A stretch of 32,000 nt of DNA from Candidatus Lokiarchaeum ossiferum (GTDB lineage: Archaea; Asgardarchaeota; Lokiarchaeia; Sigyniarchaeales; Promethearchaeaceae). Below the pieces are notes generated by a model. It was not told the DNA's origin. It did not search any database and was given only the letters and a program-made list of their open reading frames with translations. The position numbers and the translations under genes were made by a program. Every line of letters begins with the position of its first letter. The stretch's first letter is position 1. Positions 1-8,682 of the stretch are shown one piece after another. Where the stretch lies: positions 5,700,001-5,732,000 of the forward strand of contig CP104013.1 in NCBI GenBank assembly GCA_025839675.1, in the 5' to 3' direction.

Positions 1-55
1 TTATATTGTGTTATTTTCTTTTCTTGTTTTTTAATTTATTTCTCTATTTAATTCT

Positions 56-769
56 TTATCTATATCTACCTTGAAATTCATATATTTTATATGGTGATTT
101 TTGACCAAAATGCGATTTTACACCCTTTAAATAATTACAATAAGGAAATGGTGGAATTATTATCTTGGAGTTATTTTTTCTTTTCGCAGAAAGTAGATGA
201 AAAATATCTGAACCAATGCAAATGGTTGAGTTCTGATCAAACGTTGCGTGTTTTTTTCCTATTGATTCTAATCGTTTTGCTGTAATTGCAGGGCGACCAA
301 CGATGATCAATTGGGGTTTTGTCTTCAAACCTATTTTTTCAACTTTAATTAGTCCGAAATCAATTCCTATTCTTATCTTAAGGTCTGGAAATTTATGCTC
401 TTTTTTCAGAACAATTAATAATTGAGACATTTCTAAGGCAGCATTCAAGGCATTTTCACAAGCTAATTCATCTGGTTGATTTTTATCACAGAAACTTATC
501 ATTGCACCATCCCCTGTATATTTGTCAACAATTCCTTTCTTTTCATTCACAATATGAAAAACCATATGTAGAAATGGACTTACATATCTTATGAATTCAT
601 TCTCTTCTAACTTTGATGAATTAGCAATATCCAAAACCAAAATTGCTGCTTTTAGTGTTCTTCTTTCTCCAATGGCCATTTCATCAATATTTGGAAAATG
701 ATTACTATTCTTTTTACCTGGGTTCTTTCTTTTGTTTAAAAATTTATTTAAAACTTGTTTATCTACCAC
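56..769 (-). CDS. Stand-alone class III nucleotidyl cyclase (cyclase homology domain) protein
   Basis: 237-aa ORF with a GTG start at 769 and a GGGGG tract about 12-16 nt upstream; the first ATG is at codon 31. Cyclase homology domain landmarks appear in the canonical order. AAILVLDIANSS matches the first metal-Asp strand (cf. FxDIxGFT). DKYTGDGAMISF matches KxxGDGxM with the second metal Asp. KIRIGIDFGLIKVEKIG matches RIGIHxGxVxxGxIG. IIVGRPAITAKRLES matches GxxVNxAxRxES, with the canonical Asn replaced by Thr. No extra sensor, TM or effector domain is visible. Confidence 0.7.
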   Translation of the reverse strand: MVDKQVLNKFLNKRKNPGKKNSNHFPNIDEMAIGERRTLKAAILVLDIANSSKLEENEFIRYVSPFLHMVFHIVNEKKGIVDKYTGDGAMISFCDKNQPDELACENALNAALEMSQLLIVLKKEHKFPDLKIRIGIDFGLIKVEKIGLKTKPQLIIVGRPAITAKRLESIGKKHATFDQNSTICIGSDIFHLLSAKRKNNSKIIIPPFPYCNYLKGVKSHFGQKSPYKIYEFQGRYR

Positions 770-863
770 TATCGTCTTTCCCCCTATTCTTAAACTACTA
801 ATACATCACTGTATTTGCTTTTGAAATTTACTCTTTTATTGTCATGAGTAAAACTTTGATTTT

Positions 864-872
864 AAAAAAAAA
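864..872 (-). terminator. Oligo-T tract (T9 on the coding strand) immediately after the gajB-like stop codon
   Basis: The plus strand shows A9 at 864-872, directly abutting the TAG stop (873-875, minus strand). Oligo-T runs act as archaeal termination signals. This genome is full of homopolymers, so the call is weak. Confidence 0.25.
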
Positions 873-2582
873 CTATATTTGTATTAGGTAAATACATTTT
901 TTTGTTCGGGTTAGAGAAGTAAAACAGATATTATCTTCTTCTGATTTTAATCTGGTTTTTTTTTTTGACGGATTATAATCATAATAAAATACTATATCAA
1001 ATTCTAATCCTTTTCCTTTATGATGTGTCATAACTCGAATTTTATTGGAGTCGTGTGGCAAAATTTGGTCTATATTTATGGCAATTCGCAAATGATTAAG
1101 TAAACTGCTTAATAAAGCCCTGCTATCGTCAGATTCATATTTATTAAAAACAATAAAATTCTGTACCTCCACTGATATTTTTTTTTTAAACTCGGAAGAA
1201 AAAAAATTATCATCGTAATTGAAAATGAAATTAATCAATTTTATTATATTAGAAGTACGTTGAAAAATAAACTTATTTAAATAATCCTGATAATCATTGG
1301 GTAAATCTACAAGCAGTATGGGATTGTGGTTAAGATAAAATTGTAATGAAAAGCAAAATTTATCGAATTCATTAATTTGATCTTCACTAATATCTAATTC
1401 AGATATAGGTATTCCATATTTAATGAGTTCTTTTTTAATTTTCAATACAATTGAATTAGTCCTCGCAAAAATAACGATTGATTCTGCTTTTATTCCCTCC
1501 TTTGTCCAAGAAAGTATTTCATTCTTGATGAATTCTATTTTTTTTTGTAAATTATTTGGATTTATTTCTTTTTGTATAATTTTTGCATCATTTTTATTTC
1601 TGAAATCAACATTTTTAATTAATCCCATGGATAAAGTTTCATTTGTATACTCTATGATATTTTTAGGATTTCGAAAATTTACTTCAAGTTTCAAAAGATT
1701 CGCATTGGTTTTTCTAATAAATTTATCAAAAATTGAAGGAAGACTACCAATCCACTTGTAAATAGATTGATCTTCATCCCCCACAACCATAAGATTTTTT
1801 GTTTGTTGAGCTCTCCATAATAACAAAATGAAATTTAACCGGTAATAGGTGCAATCTTGAAATTCATCTACAAGAATAATTGGAAACTTGATATTCAATA
1901 TATAACGAATATTTTTATATTTTTTAATCATCCAAATTGCACATAACTCCATCAATTCAAATGGTAAAAGCCCATTTTTTATATAATATTTTAAAACATC
2001 TTTAAAATAGTGATATTCTGCTTCCCATGGACAATCTTTTGGACATTTTAGTTCATCTTCACATTTCTCATGAAATTTCCAAAATAGACCATTTTTTGTT
2101 GAAACATCCCCCATCGTAAATTTTTTGCATTTCTTCACAAATTCAGATAATATATTTGTTCTAAATTTCTTTAATTTATTTTGATCACCTTGAACCATTT
2201 TTTGAGAGGGTACAATTAATTCACTTATTTTTTGATTTACTTCTAAAAATTCATTAAATAATAAGTTGCCATGTTTGGATATTAAATAATAATAAAAAGC
2301 GTGAAAAGTTCCAATCCAAATTCTCGATTTAATTGTTTTTTCATCAAATTTTTCATTAATTTGATCTCTCATATCCATTGCCGCTTTGTTCGTGAAAGTC
2401 AAACACAGAATTTTTTGATTTATGTCTAAGTAATTATTTTGAAGCAAAAATTCAATCCTTTTAACTAAAGTATAAGTTTTACCACTTCCTGGTCCCGCTT
2501 TAATTACATATGTTCCAGAAGGTGATTCTATACATAAATTTTGTGATGGAACTTTGATAATAACATCTCCTAATCCTTGCAA
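873..2582 (-). CDS. gajB: UvrD/Rep/PcrA-type superfamily 1 helicase, GajB-like
   Basis: 569-aa ORF with SF1 motifs in order. Motif I is AGPGSGKTYTLVKR and motif Ia is CLTFTNKAAMDM. Motif II is ILVDEFQDCT and motif III is VVGDEDQSIYKWIG. Motif IV is NFRNPKNII and motif VI is VMTHHKGKGLEFDIVF. It overlaps the upstream OLD-family gene by 13 nt, which is the Gabija / class 2 OLD gene arrangement. Confidence 0.85.
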   Translation of the reverse strand: MQGLGDVIIKVPSQNLCIESPSGTYVIKAGPGSGKTYTLVKRIEFLLQNNYLDINQKILCLTFTNKAAMDMRDQINEKFDEKTIKSRIWIGTFHAFYYYLISKHGNLLFNEFLEVNQKISELIVPSQKMVQGDQNKLKKFRTNILSEFVKKCKKFTMGDVSTKNGLFWKFHEKCEDELKCPKDCPWEAEYHYFKDVLKYYIKNGLLPFELMELCAIWMIKKYKNIRYILNIKFPIILVDEFQDCTYYRLNFILLLWRAQQTKNLMVVGDEDQSIYKWIGSLPSIFDKFIRKTNANLLKLEVNFRNPKNIIEYTNETLSMGLIKNVDFRNKNDAKIIQKEINPNNLQKKIEFIKNEILSWTKEGIKAESIVIFARTNSIVLKIKKELIKYGIPISELDISEDQINEFDKFCFSLQFYLNHNPILLVDLPNDYQDYLNKFIFQRTSNIIKLINFIFNYDDNFFSSEFKKKISVEVQNFIVFNKYESDDSRALLSSLLNHLRIAINIDQILPHDSNKIRVMTHHKGKGLEFDIVFYYDYNPSKKKTRLKSEEDNICFTSLTRTKKCIYLIQI

Positions 2583-4360
2583 ATGAATTCCAGAATGGCT
2601 CTTATTTCTTCACGAATATCTTCTTTTACAATAATATTGCCAACAACAAAACACATATATTCGGTTTTATTTTTACTTAAAATGGAAATCAAGCCCTTTC
2701 TTAATAATTTGACTAACTCAATTTGATCTATTTTCTCATATTGATTAAAAATTTCTTCAAGCATTTCAAAACTATCAATCTGTTTATCAAATTTTTTGTT
2801 GTGGTATGTAATTATTTTTGAAATTATTTTGCTTACATTAGAGAATTGAGATTGATTTTCCGCAATATCTTTAATAATCTTGAAGAGGGATGGTATTGTA
2901 AGAGCTTTCCCAATAAGAGATTCAATTGCATTATCTATTTTAAAAACTTCCACTTTTTTGGATTTTAATCTTGCTTCAATTTCACTATTGTCACCTTTAT
3001 CATCATCAATGATCACTTTTATAGATTTTTCAAAAAAATTGTTTGCTTCTACGGCATTTTCAATTTCAGAGCAAGAACCGACATAACGAAGGGAAATACC
3101 TTTATGATTTAAATCATATCGTTCATCTTTCATAGAAAAATATTTAATATACCACCAATCTGTTTTTCCTTCAATAATAATAATTTTTCTCGCAAAAATT
3201 ATATCTGGGAATATTTGAAGAGTATTCAATATCCATTTTTTTAATTTCTTATCTTTGTATTGCTGAATTGATTTGGAATTTACGGTCGTCATATTGTTTA
3301 AACTTTTATGATAAAACAGATAATTCGATTCTTCTGTTGGAAAAGGAATATTTGATGAATGAGTGGATACAATTAATTGATAATTCTCCGAATCTTCCCC
3401 GATCAATTCTTGAATAACATTTCTCCAAAAAGAGATCAAATACCGTTGGCTATGGGGATGAAGATGGATTTCTGGCTCATCAATTAAAATTGAAAAAGAA
3501 TTACTATTCGATTTATATTCTGATTCTAAATATATTTGGAATAAAGTATTTATAAAAAAATTTTTCAACCCATCTCCAATTTCAGTTGGCTGAAATTCTT
3601 TTGATTCTTGTCTTAACAATATTTGAAAATTATAGAGCAATTTTTCCTCAGTAGATAATCCAAATTCCAAAGAAGGATCAAGAATGGCTAATCTTGTATC
3701 ATATTCAAATAAATCTCTTAATTTCTCTTTCAATTTATGATTGAACTCTTTTATTGAACCTCTTTTGTTCAAATTTAAGTTAATTTTCTCAATTATGGCA
3801 ATCAATTCATCTTTCATTGAAGAATCAAGAATTTTCTCTAAAATTTTAGTGAATATTCCTTTTCTATTTCTAAGATTGATTGTTGCTTTTACATCATTAG
3901 TTGAGCTTATAAGCATGAAATAATAATTTTCCAGTAATCTTTTGTAAACTGCGAAATTTTTTTCTTCCATTTCATCAATTATAACAAAAGGATTGATCTC
4001 AATTTCATCTTCGTGATTTTCCACTTTGATTTTTAGAATTAATTCAATATCTTGTGGGTTTGAAGAATCTAAATTTGAGAAATAAGCTTCAAAAGCAGCA
4101 ATTTCTTTAATATTGAAATTTTTAAAAGTTAACCATAATTCAATAGGCTTTTTTTTATCAATAAATTGCTCTAAATTAAAGAAACGATATCTTTCTTGCT
4201 GATTGGAAAAGAATTGCTCAATTAGTTGAAGTGAAAGAGTTTTTCCAATATTATTTTGACCTATTATATAATTCAGGGTATTAAATTTTATAGTGGCATC
4301 TTCAAAGCAAACAAAATTATTAATTTTTAATTGGTTAATTTGCATATTTACACTCTCCAT
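2570..4360 (-). CDS. gajA: OLD-family ABC-type ATPase with C-terminal TOPRIM nuclease domain, GajA-like
   Basis: 596-aa ORF. The N-terminus MQINQLKINNFVCF is typical of OLD/AAA_15-like proteins. Walker A is GQNNIGKTLS, Walker B plus the following His is ILIDEPEIHLHP, and the H-loop is LIVSTHSSNI. TOPRIM Glu lies in IIIIEGKTDWWY and the acidic DxD cluster in VIIDDDKGDNSE. The likely true start is the ATG at 4345 (GGAG 9-12 nt upstream) rather than 4360. Confidence 0.85.
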   Translation of the reverse strand: MESVNMQINQLKINNFVCFEDATIKFNTLNYIIGQNNIGKTLSLQLIEQFFSNQQERYRFFNLEQFIDKKKPIELWLTFKNFNIKEIAAFEAYFSNLDSSNPQDIELILKIKVENHEDEIEINPFVIIDEMEEKNFAVYKRLLENYYFMLISSTNDVKATINLRNRKGIFTKILEKILDSSMKDELIAIIEKINLNLNKRGSIKEFNHKLKEKLRDLFEYDTRLAILDPSLEFGLSTEEKLLYNFQILLRQESKEFQPTEIGDGLKNFFINTLFQIYLESEYKSNSNSFSILIDEPEIHLHPHSQRYLISFWRNVIQELIGEDSENYQLIVSTHSSNIPFPTEESNYLFYHKSLNNMTTVNSKSIQQYKDKKLKKWILNTLQIFPDIIFARKIIIIEGKTDWWYIKYFSMKDERYDLNHKGISLRYVGSCSEIENAVEANNFFEKSIKVIIDDDKGDNSEIEARLKSKKVEVFKIDNAIESLIGKALTIPSLFKIIKDIAENQSQFSNVSKIISKIITYHNKKFDKQIDSFEMLEEIFNQYEKIDQIELVKLLRKGLISILSKNKTEYMCFVVGNIIVKEDIREEIRAILEFICKD

Positions 4361-4367
4361 TTATGTA

Positions 4368-5426
4368 TTAAAATTTATAATCTGGAAGAAATTTATTCCA
4401 ACAATCGAAAAGCTGGTCAATATAATATTTCAACTTGCCATATTTCCGTAGATTAATGATTTTCTTAACATAGACCCTCTGAAAAATATTAATTTTATCT
4501 ACCACAAGTTGCTCATCGTCTTTGAATTTAGAAGAAATCTTGAAATGACCCTTTTCCCATGCTTCCTTAAATTTTACTTCCAAATCGCTCTCCATATTAG
4601 AAGGAATAACTCCAAAATCTGCATTTCTTGGCAAAAAGTACATCCAACCGAAATTAGGGTTTGCATTTTTACCATTTTTGGTCAATTTATTAAGGTTATA
4701 ATACGAGACGTGCAAATTTTTTACGAATAATCTCACCGTATTCCAATTTTTTGCATACATTTGATATTGAAACCAAAAACTATCAATTAAATTTGCTGTG
4801 GTAATAAAATGGGCTTCCAGTTTAGCAATTTTTAAGTTTGATAACTTGAATTCAAAAAGATTAGGTTTTAATTTCTTTTTTTCCCAAAATGTCTTTAAAG
4901 GGATTTCCAACTTATTTATCAATTCTTCATCAATTATTCTATCGGTATATCTAATTTCTTTATAGTATGTATCCATATTTAGATGCAGGAAATCTTCAAG
5001 CAAGTGATTGAGATTTTTAATTTTTTTTTTATCTTTCATTTCTTGGATTATAGGATGATCTAAAAATTTCTTTTCTAAGTTTCCCAATATCATTGAATCG
5101 TTATTTACCGCTTTTTCTTTGTTCTTCTGAAAAATGGGAACAATTTGAACTTTAGATATTGACCACCATTCATCTAAAAAGTGAAAAAGGTGCCCTTGAA
5201 CTCCTCCAAAATGACGGGTGATGCGATCTTTAAAATTTTTCGTGCTTCCAATATAAAGCATTTGTTCCTTTTCTTCTTGAGGAGGCTTTCCCCAAAATAT
5301 ATAAATTCCTCCTAATTTCTCTTCAGTTTTCTGAATTGGAAAATGTTCTCTAAGCTCCCTAAACATTTCTTGTAAAACATTGGTGTACACAAGTTCATTA
5401 TTTTTTATTTCATTTTTTTGATTCAT
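4368..5426 (-). CDS. GIY-YIG nuclease-domain protein with a large uncharacterised C-terminal region
   Basis: 352-aa ORF. The N-terminal segment GGIYIFWGKPPQEEKEQMLYIGSTKNFKDRITRHF resembles the UvrC/Cho-type GIY...YIG...R..H core. A downstream LEKKFLDHP is a candidate for the catalytic Glu. The remaining ~230 aa have no motif I recognise. The gap to gajA-like is 7 nt and to the upstream gene 15 nt. Confidence 0.6.
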   Translation of the reverse strand: MNQKNEIKNNELVYTNVLQEMFRELREHFPIQKTEEKLGGIYIFWGKPPQEEKEQMLYIGSTKNFKDRITRHFGGVQGHLFHFLDEWWSISKVQIVPIFQKNKEKAVNNDSMILGNLEKKFLDHPIIQEMKDKKKIKNLNHLLEDFLHLNMDTYYKEIRYTDRIIDEELINKLEIPLKTFWEKKKLKPNLFEFKLSNLKIAKLEAHFITTANLIDSFWFQYQMYAKNWNTVRLFVKNLHVSYYNLNKLTKNGKNANPNFGWMYFLPRNADFGVIPSNMESDLEVKFKEAWEKGHFKISSKFKDDEQLVVDKINIFQRVYVKKIINLRKYGKLKYYIDQLFDCWNKFLPDYKF

Positions 5427-5441
5427 AACTGGTTCATTCTC

Positions 5442-6542
5442 TTATTTCTTTCTTTCTATCCAATTGATCCAATACTGATATTGTTCTTTTATCATGAAAT
5501 TAAACCATTTTTTTGATTTCGCATGTTCTGGTTTTTTTAACATATCCCATAGATCTTTACTGTTTAAAGTTAATCCCTTCCAAAGCTTTCCGATCTTCCT
5601 TTCATCAAATGAAAGCCCAATAATTATGTCAACCATCCCAATGGTTTCTTTTCCAAATTTCTTCCAATCGGATTCCAGTTCTTTAATGGCAATTCTTTTA
5701 TGTTTGATTTGTATGGTGATTTTATTTTTTGCAGGGATTATTATTTCCTTTGTGTTTGTTAAATTAAGTTTTTTATCGCTTGAATTTGGATTATATACTA
5801 GTAAATCGATACATTGACGGGAACCTCCTCTCATTCCACTTACAATACAATCAAAATCGGAAAATAACTTAAATATCAATGTTTCAAACTCAATAGGTCC
5901 TAGATAATGAATTAATTGCTCTTCTACAGGAATACTGAAATCTTGGAAAATTTCCGGAAATAGTTTTTTTATTGCATATTTTATATTTAACCTATTGATA
6001 GGAGCAATTGTTTTATATGCAAATTCTCGGGATCCTGAGAGAGTGGCAAGTATTTCTGGTGCAAAAAGAACTTCTTTTTTTTGTAAATTCTCAATTTCTA
6101 TAAATTTAGGAAAATGTGTATCATCCCAGCAAGCATATTTTGATTTGGTTTGGGAAGATAACCAACCATTCCATTCATTTTTATTAATTCCTTCATCATG
6201 GAGTATAAAGATTGGACCTTTTAATTGATAAATATATATTGTTTTTGAAGTAGCGGTTATACAATAGGTTTGTTCATTATTTATTGTCTCCTGAAAATAC
6301 TTGATCTGATTCCATTGCATTGCTTTTCTTTTTTTACTTTCACTAGCAATTTTTTGATAAACAGTTGGAGATCTTTCTGATTCTGGTGTATATATCTCTT
6401 CAATGTTTATATTGCCAAAGAAGAATACAATAACTCCTTTTTTTAGTGGATTATTTCCAGATAGAAGCGGTTCAGCTAGCGAATTCTTTTTGCTGACCTT
6501 AATGAAGCGTAAATTAATCTCTTCCAAATTTTTCAAACTCAT
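5442..6542 (-). CDS. Uncharacterised protein with a C-terminal Mrr-like PD-(D/E)xK nuclease motif
   Basis: 366-aa ORF and first gene of the cluster, with a GAGG Shine-Dalgarno-like element 9-12 nt upstream of the ATG at 6542. The C-terminal segment is FETLIFKLFSDFDCIVSGMRGGSRQCIDLLVYNP...ITIQIKHK. It follows the Mrr_cat pattern (FE..l...l...G..v......D.GiDl....(n)..iQ.K). The N-terminal ~210 aa are unrecognised. Confidence 0.5.
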   Translation of the reverse strand: MSLKNLEEINLRFIKVSKKNSLAEPLLSGNNPLKKGVIVFFFGNINIEEIYTPESERSPTVYQKIASESKKRKAMQWNQIKYFQETINNEQTYCITATSKTIYIYQLKGPIFILHDEGINKNEWNGWLSSQTKSKYACWDDTHFPKFIEIENLQKKEVLFAPEILATLSGSREFAYKTIAPINRLNIKYAIKKLFPEIFQDFSIPVEEQLIHYLGPIEFETLIFKLFSDFDCIVSGMRGGSRQCIDLLVYNPNSSDKKLNLTNTKEIIIPAKNKITIQIKHKRIAIKELESDWKKFGKETIGMVDIIIGLSFDERKIGKLWKGLTLNSKDLWDMLKKPEHAKSKKWFNFMIKEQYQYWINWIERKK

Positions 6543-7035
6543 GATTTTGCCTCTTTATTGCTATATATTCATTATGATTAAGGACAATTTAAATATTCTA
6601 TTTTGAATTCGATTGATTTTTTAATTCTGTTTAAAAAAATAATTTTACCCCGTTTTAAAATATTATTTCATGTTTTTTTTGTAGATTTTTGTTTAGTATA
6701 AAAAGGAGTCAACTATCCATGATGGACTTTATACAATTTCACTCAGGAAGATCCAGAAAGAAAGTGATGGAAAATCAGTAATATTTAGATTTGGTGAATT
6801 ATGTGTGAGAATTGTACAGATAGGTGGTTCACTGATTATGAAAAAGTATATAACGCAGAATTTATATGTGATAAGTAGATTTGAACTTGTTGATTGTCAA
6901 TTAATTTTGTAAAATCATAGAAATTAAACATTCTTAATCAAAAGATAAAATTTTAATTAGATATGATGAAATTCAATCAAAAATGAGCAAATGATAGTAA
7001 TTTAAAAGTAAATTCAAAGGAAATGAATGTGAAAT

Positions 7036-8682
7036 ATGAACGTTAGTATTATACATAATAATGAAGGAAAAGTGAAACCTTGGATTAAATTTTTAAGCGG
7101 TACGGTATCTGCTATTGCAGCATTAAATTTATCCTCCACTATTGCACGTGTAGCAAAAAAGAAGAGATTTGGGATAATTTATGTGATGTTTTCAATTCAT
7201 CCCAAATGCAACTCAATATATGTTGGGCAGACCGCTCAACCAGATAATTATGCAAGATTCTCAGATCATATCAATGACGCAAAAAGAAAGGGTTCCCCTG
7301 AATATGATTACAAATTAAGTCGGGCAATTAGAAAATATGGTGAATCTACTTGGAGAATACTGACAGTTGATAAATATCTGGAATACTTGAAAGCTAATGG
7401 AACACCCCATATCGTCATAAATAAACAGCTTTTAGATAAAAAAAAAGTAATTTTTAGAGCTGACAACAAAGAAACTCTATCATTATTGGAGATCCTTTGG
7501 ATTGAAGAATTCAACAGTTATCATGATGGATATAATTCAACTTTAGGAGGAGAAGGTAAAAGATTAATTGAAGGTTTTTCTATAAGTGAAATTAATCATT
7601 ATATCGATCTGCTAGAGAGAAAACATATGAAGATGCAAATTGTTCCACTCTCAACATCACCCAAAGAGTTAACCAAAGCTGAAAATCCATTTCATGAAAT
7701 GTCTTATTCCCAATTCAGTTTGAAATTGGCTTATAGCAATTTTCCTTCTGATATTTTGCAAAGGATAGCAGACTTAGAAATGTGGAGCCGTTTTTACAAC
7801 AATAAGAAGAAGCAAATCAGTCTAGCCAATATTATTGTCGTTGAAAAAATTTTGGGGATGGATCATTTTCGTTCTTTTGATTACAATCGCAAAAATTTAG
7901 ATCAAAATTTAACTTTGGATGAAATACGTGATGAATTTAAATCTAAATTAGATATTACTCCTATTCTCGAAACATATGGCATCGATCCATCTTGGATTCC
8001 TTCCATTAAACCAAGTTGCAGTATTTCATTAGGGAGAATTGGTGATATTCGAAATTCAATATTGATAGATCTATTTGAAAATAATCGGCAATTTTCAAAA
8101 TCTTATTTGCTTGAGAAATATAAATCAACTCGTCATATTATAACATCTTCTCCTATACAAAGAGGATTAAAACGAATTTATAATAATTCAATTGCTATAA
8201 TATGTAATTGGGACGAGATATCACTTGAATCTGATGAAGAACTAACCTTTCGGGAAATAGCTTATATCAAATTCCGTTTTCCATCTATTTCGCATCAATT
8301 AATGACAGAGGGTAAAAAATTGAAAAGATTCTTAGGAGAAGATTTAAATAATGCTGGAAGTGGTAGGAGAGAATTACAAAATTACCTAAAAATATCTCGT
8401 AACCATTTTACTTACTTTGATGAAATCTTTTCTCCTGAAATTTCAATCAAATTCAATAGCAAAATGTGGGAAAACTATAAACGATTAGTTTTCATTGAAA
8501 ATATCTTGATTAGGACTCCCTTTATCTCCCCGAAAGAATTAGCTTATCTCTATTTTGGATCAGATTTTTCTGAAAGTGAGAGAAAAAATATCTCGAGAAA
8601 ACTGAATGCTATTAAGAAGATGGCCAGAAAAAATTTGAGACTTTCACAACTATATTTGAACAAGGAAATTAGTCTTATTTAA
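7036..8682 (+). CDS. Free-standing GIY-YIG homing-endonuclease-like protein (I-TevI/Seg-like N-terminal domain) with a long C-terminal extension
   Basis: 548-aa ORF. GIIYVMFSIHPKCNSIYVGQT...RFSDHINDAKR...KLSRAIRKYGESTW...LEILWIEEFNSYHDGYNSTLGGEG reproduces the GIY / YIG / R / H / E / N landmarks of phage-type GIY-YIG homing endonucleases. About 370 aa of unassigned C-terminal sequence follow. The start codon is uncertain: 45 aa precede the GIY motif. Confidence 0.7.
   Translation: MNVSIIHNNEGKVKPWIKFLSGTVSAIAALNLSSTIARVAKKKRFGIIYVMFSIHPKCNSIYVGQTAQPDNYARFSDHINDAKRKGSPEYDYKLSRAIRKYGESTWRILTVDKYLEYLKANGTPHIVINKQLLDKKKVIFRADNKETLSLLEILWIEEFNSYHDGYNSTLGGEGKRLIEGFSISEINHYIDLLERKHMKMQIVPLSTSPKELTKAENPFHEMSYSQFSLKLAYSNFPSDILQRIADLEMWSRFYNNKKKQISLANIIVVEKILGMDHFRSFDYNRKNLDQNLTLDEIRDEFKSKLDITPILETYGIDPSWIPSIKPSCSISLGRIGDIRNSILIDLFENNRQFSKSYLLEKYKSTRHIITSSPIQRGLKRIYNNSIAIICNWDEISLESDEELTFREIAYIKFRFPSISHQLMTEGKKLKRFLGEDLNNAGSGRRELQNYLKISRNHFTYFDEIFSPEISIKFNSKMWENYKRLVFIENILIRTPFISPKELAYLYFGSDFSESERKNISRKLNAIKKMARKNLRLSQLYLNKEISLI

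Noticed and set aside
56-769. Calling the cyclase a Pycsar (PycC) system.
   Set aside because: No adjacent TIR, TM or cNMP-binding effector is visible in the window, and base specificity cannot be read from the sequence by eye. I kept it as an open hypothesis in the findings rather than an annotation.
956-966. Long homopolymer tracts inside genes as phase-variation switches. Examples: A11 on the coding strand of gajB-like at 956-966, A11 at 28854-28864, and A10 on the coding strand of the cobY-like gene at 31078-31087.
   Set aside because: Such tracts encode Lys runs and occur in housekeeping genes and spacers alike in this AT-rich sequence. Nothing singles out the defence or surface genes, and all tracts are currently in-frame.
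1423-1761. Numerous 60-115-aa ORFs lie antisense to or out of frame within long genes. Examples: 91-285, 1423-1761, 2880-3086, 3741-3923, 4509-4730, 5494-5817, 5995-6228, 6403-6606, 7308-7514, 9295-9510, 9950-10551, 10651-10998, 10735-10941, 11103-11965, 15073-15282, 17135-17347, 19597-20116, 21398-21820, 21869-22057, 23094-23342, 26674-26856, 26930-27214, 27685-27885 and 28515-28769.
   Set aside because: All are fully nested in, or largely overlap, much longer ORFs with clear domain content. Their translations are low-complexity or hydrophobic mirror images typical of shadow ORFs in AT-rich DNA.
6801-6878. 25-aa ORF MCENCTDRWFTDYEKVYNAEFICDK (CxxC plus one Cys) in the divergent promoter region between the defence cluster and the GIY-YIG gene.
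   Set aside because: It has only three cysteines, no second knuckle and no translation signals. It most likely arose by chance in a 490-bp spacer.
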